Source of the DNA: a virus | IMG/VR virus record: IMGVR_UViG_3300033489_000009 | Span: 769-64,768 of that record | DNA: 64,000 nt | Strand: one strand, 5' to 3' | In this document: positions 27,853-36,470 of the stretch, piece after piece | How the letters are laid out: every line of letters begins with the position of its first letter | Position numbering within the stretch: the stretch's first letter is position 1 | Notes under the pieces: generated by a model | Seen by the model: the letters and a program-made list of their open reading frames with translations, nothing else | The model's database searches: none | Told to the model about the DNA's origin: nothing | Made by a program: the position numbers and the translations under genes

Positions 27853-28561
27853 GGATGGTCTCCTTCGTGGTCATGTGCAGCGCGAGCTGCAGTAGAGGTG
27901 AGTTGGCGTGTGGTGCGACCGTCGGCGACCAGCGCCGCCATGCGGTCAGCCCGTCCCTGGTCAGGGCCGGGACGGTTGGGGTGACGGCGTGGATACTGTC
28001 CGGGTTGTGTCCAGCGAGGCGTAGCGCGGCGCATGCCCCGATCAGAGCCCCGTACTCGGTGGGGGTGGCGTCGACGACGCATCCCTCGATCCGGGCCAGG
28101 ACCAGGGCCGCGCCGGGCGCGTTGACGGGCGTGTACGGGAGGAGGTGTTTCTGGCCTGAGACGGCGATCGTGACCGCCCATACGTCGTCCGGGGGGTCCG
28201 TGAGTGCGGCGATGATCGCGGACTGGTCCTTGCGGTTGCAGAGGTGTAGCCGGCCATCGGATGGGTATGGGGCGGATGGTGCCCCCGTCGGGAGGATGGT
28301 GGCGGCGGTGGTGAGGATCGACCACATCCGTAGTGTCTGCGGCGGTTTCCCGGCGAGGGCCCACGCGCACGGCTCGCACACCGTCGACAGGTCCGGGCGG
28401 GCCGCGGTGAGGATGTCGAAGTTCTTGCCGAGCGCATCCCGCGCCCGTAGGTGCCGGTGGTGGGTCACCCCGCACACCACGCACCCGGCGTCGGCGGCGA
28501 TCGCCTTCGGGTGGGATGGCCCACCGGCTGCGTCCCACGCCATCCGGACCGCCGTCAGCAT
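27824..28561 (-). CDS. csf1: Type IV large subunit Csf1 (Cas8-like)
   Basis: CVVCG...LG.NF...CEPCAWAL.GKPP.TLRMWS and W.V.IA.SGQKH.LPY..VN motifs. Confidence 0.85.
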   Translation of the reverse strand: MLTAVRMAWDAAGGPSHPKAIAADAGCVVCGVTHHRHLRARDALGKNFDILTAARPDLSTVCEPCAWALAGKPPQTLRMWSILTTAATILPTGAPSAPYPSDGRLHLCNRKDQSAIIAALTDPPDDVWAVTIAVSGQKHLLPYTPVNAPGAALVLARIEGCVVDATPTEYGALIGACAALRLAGHNPDSIHAVTPTVPALTRDGLTAWRRWSPTVAPHANSPLLQLALHMTTKETIRDLADRYAA

Positions 28562-29238
28562 GCCGGCACCTGGGCTGGCGCTGGGCGGGCGAGGATGAGA
28601 CCGCACCCGAAACTCTTGTTCCGGCCTACACCCTCGGCCATGAGCGCGTGCATGGCCGGCTCGTCGCAGACCCGGCCCTCGAATCGCAGCAGTGTGTGAT
28701 TCGAATGCTGGACCCGGCCCTCCTTCACCCTGCGGCCGGTCAGGTGCCATGCCCCGGCCATGGTCACGTCGAGCCCGTCGAGGATCCCCGCGAGCCTGCC
28801 CGCCAGCACCTCCACCATCGCCTCCGGCGGGCGGACCGTATGCCGCCGTTTCTCCGACCGGGCGGAGAGTTTCCCCGGGATCTGCCCTGCCGCGACCAGC
28901 TCGCATTCCCGGACCCACTGACTGTGCGACTGGCCTGACTGGCCTGAGTCCATCACGACGGCCCCCGATATCAGGGCCCCGGCGGTCGGCCACCAGTACG
29001 GGCTGTGGGTGGTGTTGATCGCCCACCCTCGGGGCCAGTCCTCACGGGTGATGGGCCGGTCGTGGCGGACGATCAGGACCCTCGGCTTAGGTATGGCCCA
29101 CAGGACGGGCCGGGGCTGCTCCCCAGCGAGGGCGGCCTGGGTGACCAGGTCGTGGAGATGCTTGACGTCCGCCGACCGGGGATCCCGGTCGGTGATCTGC
29201 ACCGTGGTGAGTATCAGTGGGCTTCCTATCGTGTCCAT
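28555..29238 (-). CDS. cas6e: Cas6 (Cas6e-like) RAMP endoribonuclease
   Basis: N-terminal D..HLH, VLW, and C-terminal RFEGRV.D..AM..LM.EGVGRNKSFGCGLI G-loop. Confidence 0.85.
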   Translation of the reverse strand: MDTIGSPLILTTVQITDRDPRSADVKHLHDLVTQAALAGEQPRPVLWAIPKPRVLIVRHDRPITREDWPRGWAINTTHSPYWWPTAGALISGAVVMDSGQSGQSHSQWVRECELVAAGQIPGKLSARSEKRRHTVRPPEAMVEVLAGRLAGILDGLDVTMAGAWHLTGRRVKEGRVQHSNHTLLRFEGRVCDEPAMHALMAEGVGRNKSFGCGLILARPAPAQVPAC

Positions 29239-29240
29239 GG

Positions 29241-29519
29241 TCAGTTCCCCTCATGGCCGTGCTGGTGTCGGTCGCGCCACGCCTCTAGCTCCACTACGCG
29301 GTCCTCGATGGACGGCGGAGGGACAGGTGCTGCCCGCTGGCCCCGGTACGCCTCGACGTCTCCGCGGCGGTACCGGCGGTGGCCGCGGCCGCGCGCGCCC
29401 CCGGGCGTCTGCGAGTAGGGCAGCTCACGTCTGGGGATGCGCCAGACGGTGACTGGATCGACCTGTAGCAGCTTGGCGACTTCACCGGTGCTGAGGGTCT
29501 CGTCGTCGGTGGCGGGCAT
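29241..29519 (-). CDS. MerR-like/excisionase-type (BldC-like) HTH regulator heading the Cas operon
   Basis: LSTGEVAKLLQVDPVTVWR...TPGG...HRRYRRGDVEAY; AAGGAGAGG RBS. Confidence 0.85.
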   Translation of the reverse strand: MPATDDETLSTGEVAKLLQVDPVTVWRIPRRELPYSQTPGGARGRGHRRYRRGDVEAYRGQRAAPVPPPSIEDRVVELEAWRDRHQHGHEGN

Positions 29520-29537
29520 CCCTCTCCTTGGGATCAG

Positions 29538-29635
29538 TGCAAGGTGTGTGCTGGTCGCAAGGGTAGAGGGAGCGGCATTCACGTCGACATCATCGCGCGC
29601 CCCGTGCAAGCCTTGCAAGGGGTGAAAGGTGTGTG
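29538..29635. promoter_or_regulatory. Divergent control region with repeated (T/C)GCAAG motifs
   Basis: TGCAAGG at 29538, CGCAAGG at 29556, inverted repeat TGCAAG-C-CTTGCA at 29605-17 flanked by CCCC/GGGG; AAGGTGTGTG at 29541 and 29626. Confidence 0.6.
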
Positions 29636-29683
29636 TCAGGATCGTCAGGTGACTTCTCCCGACCGCCTGGCTGGTGGTGCCGC

Positions 29684-30420
29684 GTGACCGTCCCCGCCCT
29701 GCAGCTCGCCGACGTGTGCGAGTCGTGCCGGCAGTGCCCCGGCACCCGGTGGATCCTCGGAGGCGACGGTGAGTCGCCGTTCCTGGTCTGCCAGGGCTGC
29801 GCACCGACCCCCCTGTCAGCCTCCGTCCCGCCATCCCCCAGCACGGTTCCCCCGGCCGTGCCGGCGGGGCGGAGGCCCACCAACCAGACCGCCCGGGCCG
29901 TCGCGATCCAGGCCGCCGGGATCAGCACCGTCGGCGTCAGCCTTTGGGCGCTGACCCGCATCGCCGGCGGCGGCACGCTCCTCGTCCTCGGCGCGGAGGC
30001 CAGCGTCCTTTGCCTCGGCTACGCCGCCCGGGCGTTCGGTGGTGCCAGGTGATCCGGGTCATCGCCGCGGCCGCGGTGTTCGTCGCCGGCTGGCTGGTCC
30101 TCGCGACGCAGGGGGAGGCGATCGCGGCGGCCCTTGAGCGGATCGTGCTGGTGCTGGTCGCAGGCGCCGCTGCCCTCACCGTGATCGTCGTCGGTGGCGT
30201 GGTCCTGGTCCGCCGTCTGGTCAGGCCGAGCGAACAGCCGGCACCGCAGGTCCCGGATCACTCCCAGGAGCTCCCAGCGCTGGGAACTGACTGCGCTCGT
30301 GGCTGCGGCCGACCGGGGACCGTGCTGCTCGCCGGGGCCGGTTCCCTGCCGTTTCTGGTCTGCCAGCGGTGCGCCGACGTGCACACCGGCCGCGTCCAGC
30401 CCCGCGGAGCGCGGCCGTGA
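29684..30420 (+). CDS. Two coupled membrane proteins with a shared Zn motif (29684-30052, 30049-30420)
   Basis: Both have hydrophobic helices and a C..C...PFLVCQ.CA motif; GTGA overlap. Confidence 0.6.
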
Positions 30421-30427
30421 ACCGGCT

Positions 30428-30561
30428 CGTTCCGGAAGTACTCATCCGGAACGGCTGCGTTGTGGCGCCGGATCGGGGAGCGCGTCCTGCACCGATGCCG
30501 TTCCGGATGTCCGTTCCAGCCGTCCGGCCGTCCCGATCGGCTCCCGCCCACTTCCGGAACG
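30428..30561. other. Putative res site of the serine resolvase
   Basis: CGTTCCGGA-AGTACTCA-TCCGGAACG inverted repeat (30428-53); half-sites at 30499, 30512 and 30553; directly upstream of the resolvase. Confidence 0.7.
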
Positions 30562-30580
30562 ACAGCGAGGGGGATCTCAG

Positions 30581-31390
30581 ATGACCATGCTCGGCTACGC
30601 CCGCGTGAGCACCACCGACCAGGACCCTGCCCCGCAGGTCGCGCAGCTGCGCGCCGCGGGCTGCGACCGGGTCTTCGTCGAGTCGGCGTCCGGGTACCGC
30701 GATGACCGGCCCGAGCTGGCCGCGCTCCTGGACTACGCGCGGGACGGCGACGTGATCGTCATCTGGCGCCTCGACCGACTCGCCCGCTCCACCACCCACC
30801 TCCTGTCGCTGTCCGCCGATCTCGACAAGCGCGGGATTGGGCTGAAGTCCCTGTCCGACCCGATCGACACGACCTCGGCGACGGGCAGGTTGGTCTACAC
30901 CCTCCTGGCCGCGATCGCCCAGTTCGAGGGTGACCTGCGCCGGGAGCGCCAGCAGATCGCGTGGGAGGCCGGGAAGCCGAAGGGCCGCCCACCGACGCTG
31001 ACCGGCGGCCAGCGCGACCTCGCCGCCCGGCTCCGCGGTGAGGGCAAGTCGCTGGCCGAGATCGGGCGGGCGGTCGGGGCGCCGAAGACGACGATCCACC
31101 GGCACCTCACCGCGCTCCTGGCCGTGATCAGCGGCCGGCGCACCGCCCCGCTCGCCGTGTCCCTGCTCGCGTTCGCGGTGCTCGCAGGGTTTGGCGTCGT
31201 CTCGATGCTTGCGGTCGCTGCCGGCGCGACGTCGCCGCTGCTGCTGCCCGGGCTGGTGGCCACCGCGCTGACGATGCTGGTCTTACAGGGCTGCACCGCC
31301 AGTGCGCCTGCCGGGGCGCGGGGGCCGGTGAGGGTCCGTCCGCCGGTCCGGATCCGCCCGATCATGCCGATGGCGGTGGCCTGGTCATGA
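30581..31390 (+). CDS. Serine resolvase/invertase with HTH and a C-terminal two-helix hydrophobic extension
   Basis: GYARVST.DQ, RPEL, WRLDRLARS, GRPP and HTH, followed by LAVSLLAFAVLAGFGVVSMLAVAAG and LLLPGLVATALTMLVL. Confidence 0.9.
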   Translation: MTMLGYARVSTTDQDPAPQVAQLRAAGCDRVFVESASGYRDDRPELAALLDYARDGDVIVIWRLDRLARSTTHLLSLSADLDKRGIGLKSLSDPIDTTSATGRLVYTLLAAIAQFEGDLRRERQQIAWEAGKPKGRPPTLTGGQRDLAARLRGEGKSLAEIGRAVGAPKTTIHRHLTALLAVISGRRTAPLAVSLLAFAVLAGFGVVSMLAVAAGATSPLLLPGLVATALTMLVLQGCTASAPAGARGPVRVRPPVRIRPIMPMAVAWS

Positions 31391-32178
31391 CGACTCTGCG
31401 CCTGTCCGACCGCTCCCGCTGGCGTGCGGCACGCACCTTGCAGGACCTCGCCGACCTCACCGCGGCGTGGCTGGCTGGGGAGATCCGGTCGCAGCCCGGC
31501 TACTACGGCCGCGTCGATGTCGACGAGGACCGGGCGCCCGGGCTGACCGCCGCGCTGGTGGCCTGCAACAGGGCCGGGTTCCTCACCCGCACCTCCCAAG
31601 CGAGTTACGTCGGGCCCGGCTACCACGGCGCCACCCGCGCGACCGCGCTGGCCGCCGTGCACGGGTACACCGACAGGGACACCGCCCAGCGCCTGTTCTC
31701 GGCGTCCGTCTGGGCCCCGACCCGGGTCCACGTGTTCATTCACCCCATCGGGGCCGGCCGCCTTGGCGAGGACGCCCGTGAGGTGTCGTGGGCTGACGAC
31801 AGGGCCACCTGCTCATTCGGGGGCTGCGTACCGGTCGGCTACCTGCTGGACGAGTTCGCCGGCTGCTCCCGGCACGTGATCGACGCGCTCGCGCACGCAT
31901 GGTCAGTGACGGTCCTCGACCCGGAGCCGGGCCGGAACACGCTCTGGGCGTGGCTCGCCGAGGCCGTGCCTGCGCTCGCCAAGGGCGCCCGGCCAGTCCC
32001 CATCTCCGGCCACCGCGTGCCCGAGTATCCAGACCGGTGCGGATGCGGCGGGATCCTCCGGCCAGCCGACAGGCCGATCTTCGCTCCCGACGGCGGGGCG
32101 CACCTGATCCTCCGCTGCGATCACTGCGGGATCCAGACCCCGATGGACTGGACCTGGCAGCCAGGGGTTGATCGGTGA
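31387..32178 (+). CDS. DUF6919-like protein of actinomycete plasmids/AICEs
   Basis: W..ARTL.DL..LTA.WL.G....QPGY...L...NRAGFLT..SQ, and C-terminal V..IDP..GRN..LW..L-like motif. Confidence 0.65.
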   Translation: MTTLRLSDRSRWRAARTLQDLADLTAAWLAGEIRSQPGYYGRVDVDEDRAPGLTAALVACNRAGFLTRTSQASYVGPGYHGATRATALAAVHGYTDRDTAQRLFSASVWAPTRVHVFIHPIGAGRLGEDAREVSWADDRATCSFGGCVPVGYLLDEFAGCSRHVIDALAHAWSVTVLDPEPGRNTLWAWLAEAVPALAKGARPVPISGHRVPEYPDRCGCGGILRPADRPIFAPDGGAHLILRCDHCGIQTPMDWTWQPGVDR

Positions 32179-32753
32179 TGGCCACCAGCAAGCACCGGAA
32201 GCCTCCCCGGACCCGGACCACGAAGCGCCGGGGGACGACCAGCACCCGTCTCGTCAAGCCCCGCCGCAAGCGGACGGCGGCCCGCAGTCAGAGGGTCGCG
32301 AACTTTTCCCTCTTCAACATCAACTTCGGCGGTACCGGAAGCGGCCGCGGACGGCGCAAGCGCCGCTTCCAGGGCTTCCTGAAGGGCCTGTTCAAGACCG
32401 GGCGGGAGGTCGGCAAGGGGGTCGGCCGGCACATGCCGCAGGCCGGGTGCCTGAACAGCCCAGGGTCCATCCAGAAGGCTGCGGCCCGTACCGGTGGGCG
32501 GCGGCAGCCCAGCAGAGTCACCGGCGCCGGGGCTGGGGCTGCGGCCACGCTCAGCGCGCGCCGCGGGAGCCGGTCGCCTAGGTCGCGGTTCGCCGCGTCC
32601 ATGCCCGGGGCTGGGGGCCAGGCCGGCACGGACCCGCTGGACACCGACGAGGCGATCGAGAACTGGACCGAACGGACGGGCGAGGCGCCCGGCGGGGCCT
32701 GTCCCTGCGGCGGGATCGCACGACACACCGCTGACTGTGAGGTCTGGCAATGA
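32175..32753 (+). CDS. Basic hypothetical protein
   Basis: Arg/Lys-rich ORF coupled between the DUF6919-like gene and traB. Confidence 0.55.
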   Translation: MMATSKHRKPPRTRTTKRRGTTSTRLVKPRRKRTAARSQRVANFSLFNINFGGTGSGRGRRKRRFQGFLKGLFKTGREVGKGVGRHMPQAGCLNSPGSIQKAAARTGGRRQPSRVTGAGAGAAATLSARRGSRSPRSRFAASMPGAGGQAGTDPLDTDEAIENWTERTGEAPGGACPCGGIARHTADCEVWQ

Positions 32754-34957
32754 ACCTGGACGCGGCCAACGGCCACCACGACGGCAGCGCCCTCGATCTC
32801 GAGGAACGCCTCGAGGTCGACGCCCACGACCTGAAGGATTCCCTCGCCCACGAGCCCGGTCACGGTCTGACCGCCGGGGACCTGGAGGCCGGGCAGGTCG
32901 AGGAGGCGGCCGAGCAGGGCCCGGCCGTCGACCCGCCCGCCCGGCGGTCCGCGGCGGTGGACCGGATCCGGGCAAAGGCGGATGCGCGGCGCCGGCCTCT
33001 GGTCCCGGAGTGGATGGCCACCCAGGTCGGCCGGCGCACGGTCACCCGGATCGCCGCGTCAGCGGCCTGGCACTGGACGCTGTACCGGGTGGTGCACCTG
33101 GTCCCGGACCTGGGGCTCCTCGCCTGGTATGCGGTCGTGGGTGCGGGCCGGTTGGCGTGGGGGTCGGTCCAGTTCGTGGGTGACGGTGAGGCGCGGCCGC
33201 TGCGGAAGTCGGCGATCCTGTCCGACGACCACAAGGCGTACATGCTGCTGGTCCGGGAGCGGAACGCTCGGATCTCCCGCCGGCTGGCCGGCGCGACCAC
33301 CCTCGGGCTCCTCGCCCTGCTGGCGGCCGGCCTGCTCGTGTGGCTGGCGCCCGGCTGGCTCACCGGCCCCGTCACGGTCACGGCGGTCATCGGCCTGGTC
33401 CGCGCTGGCCGACCGGTGGGACGGCCGATCCTGTCCCCGGCGACCGTGAAGTCCACGGTCCCGCGGCTGACGTCGGTGGCGATCGTCCGGGCCCTGGCAG
33501 GGGTCGGCATCGGACCGCTCACCACGGGCGCGGCGAAGGGCGAGACGGCCGAGTGGTTCCCCGAGCCGATCACCAGGACCGCCGTCGGCCATGAGGTCGG
33601 GATCGAACTGCCGCACGGCACGACCGCCGCGGAGGTCGCGGACAAGCGGGAGAAGCTGGCCGCCGGTCTGCGCCGCCCGATCGGCTGCGTGTGGCCGATG
33701 GGTGAGCCGCGGGTCCACCCGGGGCGGCTGACCCTGCACGTCCTGGACGCCCCGATGTCGAAGATGGCGCAGCCGCCGTGGCCGCTCGCGAAGACGGGGC
33801 GGTCCGACGTGTTCAAGCCGATCCTCCTCGGCTGGGACCAGCGTGGACGGCCGGTCACCGTCCTCCTCATGTTCTCGAACCTGCTGGTCGGGTCGATCCC
33901 GAGGCAGGGCAAATCGAGGACGGTCCGGGTCCTCATGCTCGCCGCGAGCTTCGATGTCACCTGCGAGCTGCACGACCACGAGTTGAAGGGCACCGATGAC
34001 GACTCGATGTTGGAGCCGTACCTGCACCGGTACACGACCGGCTCCGGGTCGACCGACACACCGGCGATCGAGTCGGTGATGGCCTCGATCCGGGAGGTCG
34101 CCGGCTACCTCGATCCGCGGGCGAAGACGATCGCCCGGGTCTCCCGGGAGAACCCGGCGCGGTGCCCGGACAAGAAGGTCACCCGCGAGCTCGCCGACGA
34201 CCCGGCCCTGAAGTTGCACCCCGTGATCCTGAAGATCGACGAGGTGCACGAACTTTTCGAGACCGAGTTCGCGGCCGAGGCCGAGCAGAAGCTGACCGCG
34301 ATCATCAAGCGTGGCCCCGCGCTGGGGATCATGCTGATCCTGGCCACGCAGCGGCCGGACGCGAAGTCGATCCCTACGGCGATCTCGGCGAACGTTGGCC
34401 TGCGGTTCTGCCTGCGGGTCGGCGGGTGGAAGCCGAACAACCTCGTCCTCGGGGACGGCGCCTACGCGATGGGCATGCGGGCCGACCTTTTCACCGAGGA
34501 CGACAAGGGCTGCGGTCTGCTCCGGGACGGTGGGACGACCGCGCAGACCGTCCGGGGCGCCGACATCGACGGCCCGGACGCGGAGCCCATCGCCCGCCGC
34601 GCGCTGGCTATGCGCACCGCGGCAGGGGTGCTGTCCGGGGATGCGGTCGGCGAGCGCATCGAGCTCGAGCGGGACCAGCTGGAGGTCGTCTTCGACTGCA
34701 TCCGGGTCTTCCGGGACTGCCCCAGCGCCGACGAGTCTGTGTGGCTGCACCAGCTGGAGGAGCTGCTCGCGGAGTGGGCGCCGAGCGAGTACGGGGACCT
34801 GGAGGCACCTTGGTTGGGGGACCGGCTCCGCGCGCTTGGGATCCCGACGATGGCGCAGCGGAAACGGAACATCGACGGGGAGCAGGTCAACCGTGCGGGT
34901 GTGTCCCTGGCGGTTCTTCGGAAGGCCGTGGAGGGCCGCGAGGACGAGGGTCGGTAG
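32750..34957 (+). CDS. traB: TraB-like FtsK/SpoIIIE conjugative DNA translocase
   Basis: N-terminal TM segments, Walker A GSIPRQGKS, Walker B LKIDEVHELF, LATQRP, RFCLRV, and a C-terminal wHTH-like domain. Confidence 0.88.
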   Translation: MNLDAANGHHDGSALDLEERLEVDAHDLKDSLAHEPGHGLTAGDLEAGQVEEAAEQGPAVDPPARRSAAVDRIRAKADARRRPLVPEWMATQVGRRTVTRIAASAAWHWTLYRVVHLVPDLGLLAWYAVVGAGRLAWGSVQFVGDGEARPLRKSAILSDDHKAYMLLVRERNARISRRLAGATTLGLLALLAAGLLVWLAPGWLTGPVTVTAVIGLVRAGRPVGRPILSPATVKSTVPRLTSVAIVRALAGVGIGPLTTGAAKGETAEWFPEPITRTAVGHEVGIELPHGTTAAEVADKREKLAAGLRRPIGCVWPMGEPRVHPGRLTLHVLDAPMSKMAQPPWPLAKTGRSDVFKPILLGWDQRGRPVTVLLMFSNLLVGSIPRQGKSRTVRVLMLAASFDVTCELHDHELKGTDDDSMLEPYLHRYTTGSGSTDTPAIESVMASIREVAGYLDPRAKTIARVSRENPARCPDKKVTRELADDPALKLHPVILKIDEVHELFETEFAAEAEQKLTAIIKRGPALGIMLILATQRPDAKSIPTAISANVGLRFCLRVGGWKPNNLVLGDGAYAMGMRADLFTEDDKGCGLLRDGGTTAQTVRGADIDGPDAEPIARRALAMRTAAGVLSGDAVGERIELERDQLEVVFDCIRVFRDCPSADESVWLHQLEELLAEWAPSEYGDLEAPWLGDRLRALGIPTMAQRKRNIDGEQVNRAGVSLAVLRKAVEGREDEGR

Positions 34958-35060
34958 TGGCTGTCTGCCCTACCGGTAGGGGTGCCTCTACCACCCGGCC
35001 CTACCGGTAAACCCGCAGGTCAGAGGCCATTTCAAGCAAGATCGCAGACTGGTAGGGCAG
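34953..35060. repeat. CTACC/GGTAG repeat cluster downstream of traB
   Basis: Palindrome CCCTACCGGTAGGG (34968-81), CCCTACCGGTA (34999-35009), further CTACC/GGTAG copies. Confidence 0.6.
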
Positions 35061-35100
35061 GGGTCGCGCAGGGCCCCGAAACCGCTCCTGGAGGGGAATC

Positions 35101-35337
35101 GTGCACGTGCTCGTTTTGGCCGCTACCGCTACCGGCGTCGTCGTCGTGCTGGCCGCCGGGTACCTGGGGTGGTGCTGGCTGGTCCCCGGGTACACCTGCC
35201 ACGCTTGCGGCGGTGGCGGGTCTCGCCGGACGCGGATCCTGGGCCGGGAGCGGACCTGCCGGTCGTGTCGGGGGGTCGGTGAGCGGCCCCGGCTGGGCAT
35301 GTATGTGCTCCGCGCGTTGCGGGAGGGGAGCCGGTGA
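35101..35337 (+). CDS. Small membrane protein with CxxCxGxG zinc finger
   Basis: TM helix then CHACGGGG...CRSCRGVG; typical of genes following traB in AICE-like elements. Confidence 0.65.
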   Translation: MHVLVLAATATGVVVVLAAGYLGWCWLVPGYTCHACGGGGSRRTRILGRERTCRSCRGVGERPRLGMYVLRALREGSR

Positions 35338-36470
35338 GTGTGTTGTCGTTGCCGAGGCGTCGGGTGCCCCTGGAGACCGCACGTCGGCTGGCCGGCCAGC
35401 TCGACCGGCCCCAGCCGGCAGATGATCGGGCGAGGCGTCGGCTGGCCGAGGTCGCTTCCCGCGGCGGGACGTGGGCGATGGTCGTGCCCGTCGTCCTGGT
35501 CAACACGTTCGCTGGGATCGGGCAGACGCTGTGGGCGATGGACCACATCTCCCCGGCGCTCGGTGTGCCCGCGGTGCTCACTGCGGTCGGGTTCGCGGCG
35601 ACCCTGGAGTCGATCGCCGTCTACCTGGCCTACCAGGCGCACCGGGCGCTGATGGCCGGTGATGCGGCGCTGCGGCTGCGGGTCGCCTCGTATGCGGCTG
35701 CCGGGACGGTCGGGGCGTTGAACTACTCCCACTGGTCGGCCGACTGGCAGCCGACCGCGGTGGCGATCACGTACACGGGGTTCTCGGTGATCTCGCCGTG
35801 GCTGTGGTCGATCCAGTCGAGGTCGATGCACCGCGCCGAGCTGCGGGCTGAGGACCTGATCGACCCGAGGACGGTCCGGTTCTCGATGGCCCGGTGGACC
35901 CTGTATCCGGTCCGGACGTTCACCGCGTTCCGGGCCGCGGTGTGGGCTGGGGTGGTCGATCCTGCGGTGGCGATCCGGCTGGCCGATCGAGTCGATCCCG
36001 TCCGGTCGATCGACCCCGATCCGGGGGTGTCGATCGAGGCCGGGCACCCCGATCGGATCGACCCCGACATCGAGTCGGCGGCCGTCCCGGATCGGGTCCG
36101 GATCGAGGCCTCGATCGAGTCGATCCAGTCCGCTGCGGATCGACCCGCCGGACCGCCGGTGATCGAAGCTCCGAAGTCGATCGGATCGACCCCGATCCCG
36201 GCCGGGAGATCGACCAGGAAGAAGCCGACCCGGCAGCCCCGGACGGTCGATCAACTGGCCGTCGAGTTGGCCGCTGAGATCGAGTCGGGTGGCCTCGATC
36301 TGGCACCGTCGGCTGAGGCGATCCGGCGGCGGCTCAAGTGCGCTCCCGCCACTGCCAGGGAGCTGCGGGATCGGCTCGCGAGTGGGGACGCTCCAGCCGG
36401 ATCGGCCCCGGTGTTGGAAGTTACCGACGACGCTCCAAGCGCGACCCAGGAAGGAACACTGACCCCATGA
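35334..36470 (+). CDS. DUF2637 / Spd-like membrane spread protein with C-terminal HTH
   Basis: Four TM helices, ES.A.YL..AH.AL..GD.A..LR.ASY, GALNYSH; C-terminal PSAEAIRRRLKCAPATARELRD. Confidence 0.75.
   Translation: MSVLSLPRRRVPLETARRLAGQLDRPQPADDRARRRLAEVASRGGTWAMVVPVVLVNTFAGIGQTLWAMDHISPALGVPAVLTAVGFAATLESIAVYLAYQAHRALMAGDAALRLRVASYAAAGTVGALNYSHWSADWQPTAVAITYTGFSVISPWLWSIQSRSMHRAELRAEDLIDPRTVRFSMARWTLYPVRTFTAFRAAVWAGVVDPAVAIRLADRVDPVRSIDPDPGVSIEAGHPDRIDPDIESAAVPDRVRIEASIESIQSAADRPAGPPVIEAPKSIGSTPIPAGRSTRKKPTRQPRTVDQLAVELAAEIESGGLDLAPSAEAIRRRLKCAPATARELRDRLASGDAPAGSAPVLEVTDDAPSATQEGTLTP
35850..36255. repeat. Dense GATCGA/TCGATC repeat cluster inside the spd-like gene
   Basis: More than a dozen copies of GATCGA or TCGATC (often GATCGACCC) in about 400 bp, in both orientations. 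Confidence 0.75.

Noticed and set aside
29596-29625. CCCC-GTGCAAG-C-CTTGCAA-GGGG as a degenerate I-E repeat upstream of cas6
   Set aside because: The loop is a single nucleotide, there is no second copy at spacer distance, and the TGCAAG core recurs as isolated half-sites; an operator is more likely.
33059-34750. 563-aa minus-strand ORF (and similar long antisense ORFs at 2928-4478, 49076-51064, 50845-52953)
   Set aside because: They overlap well-supported genes on the opposite strand and have no recognisable motifs.
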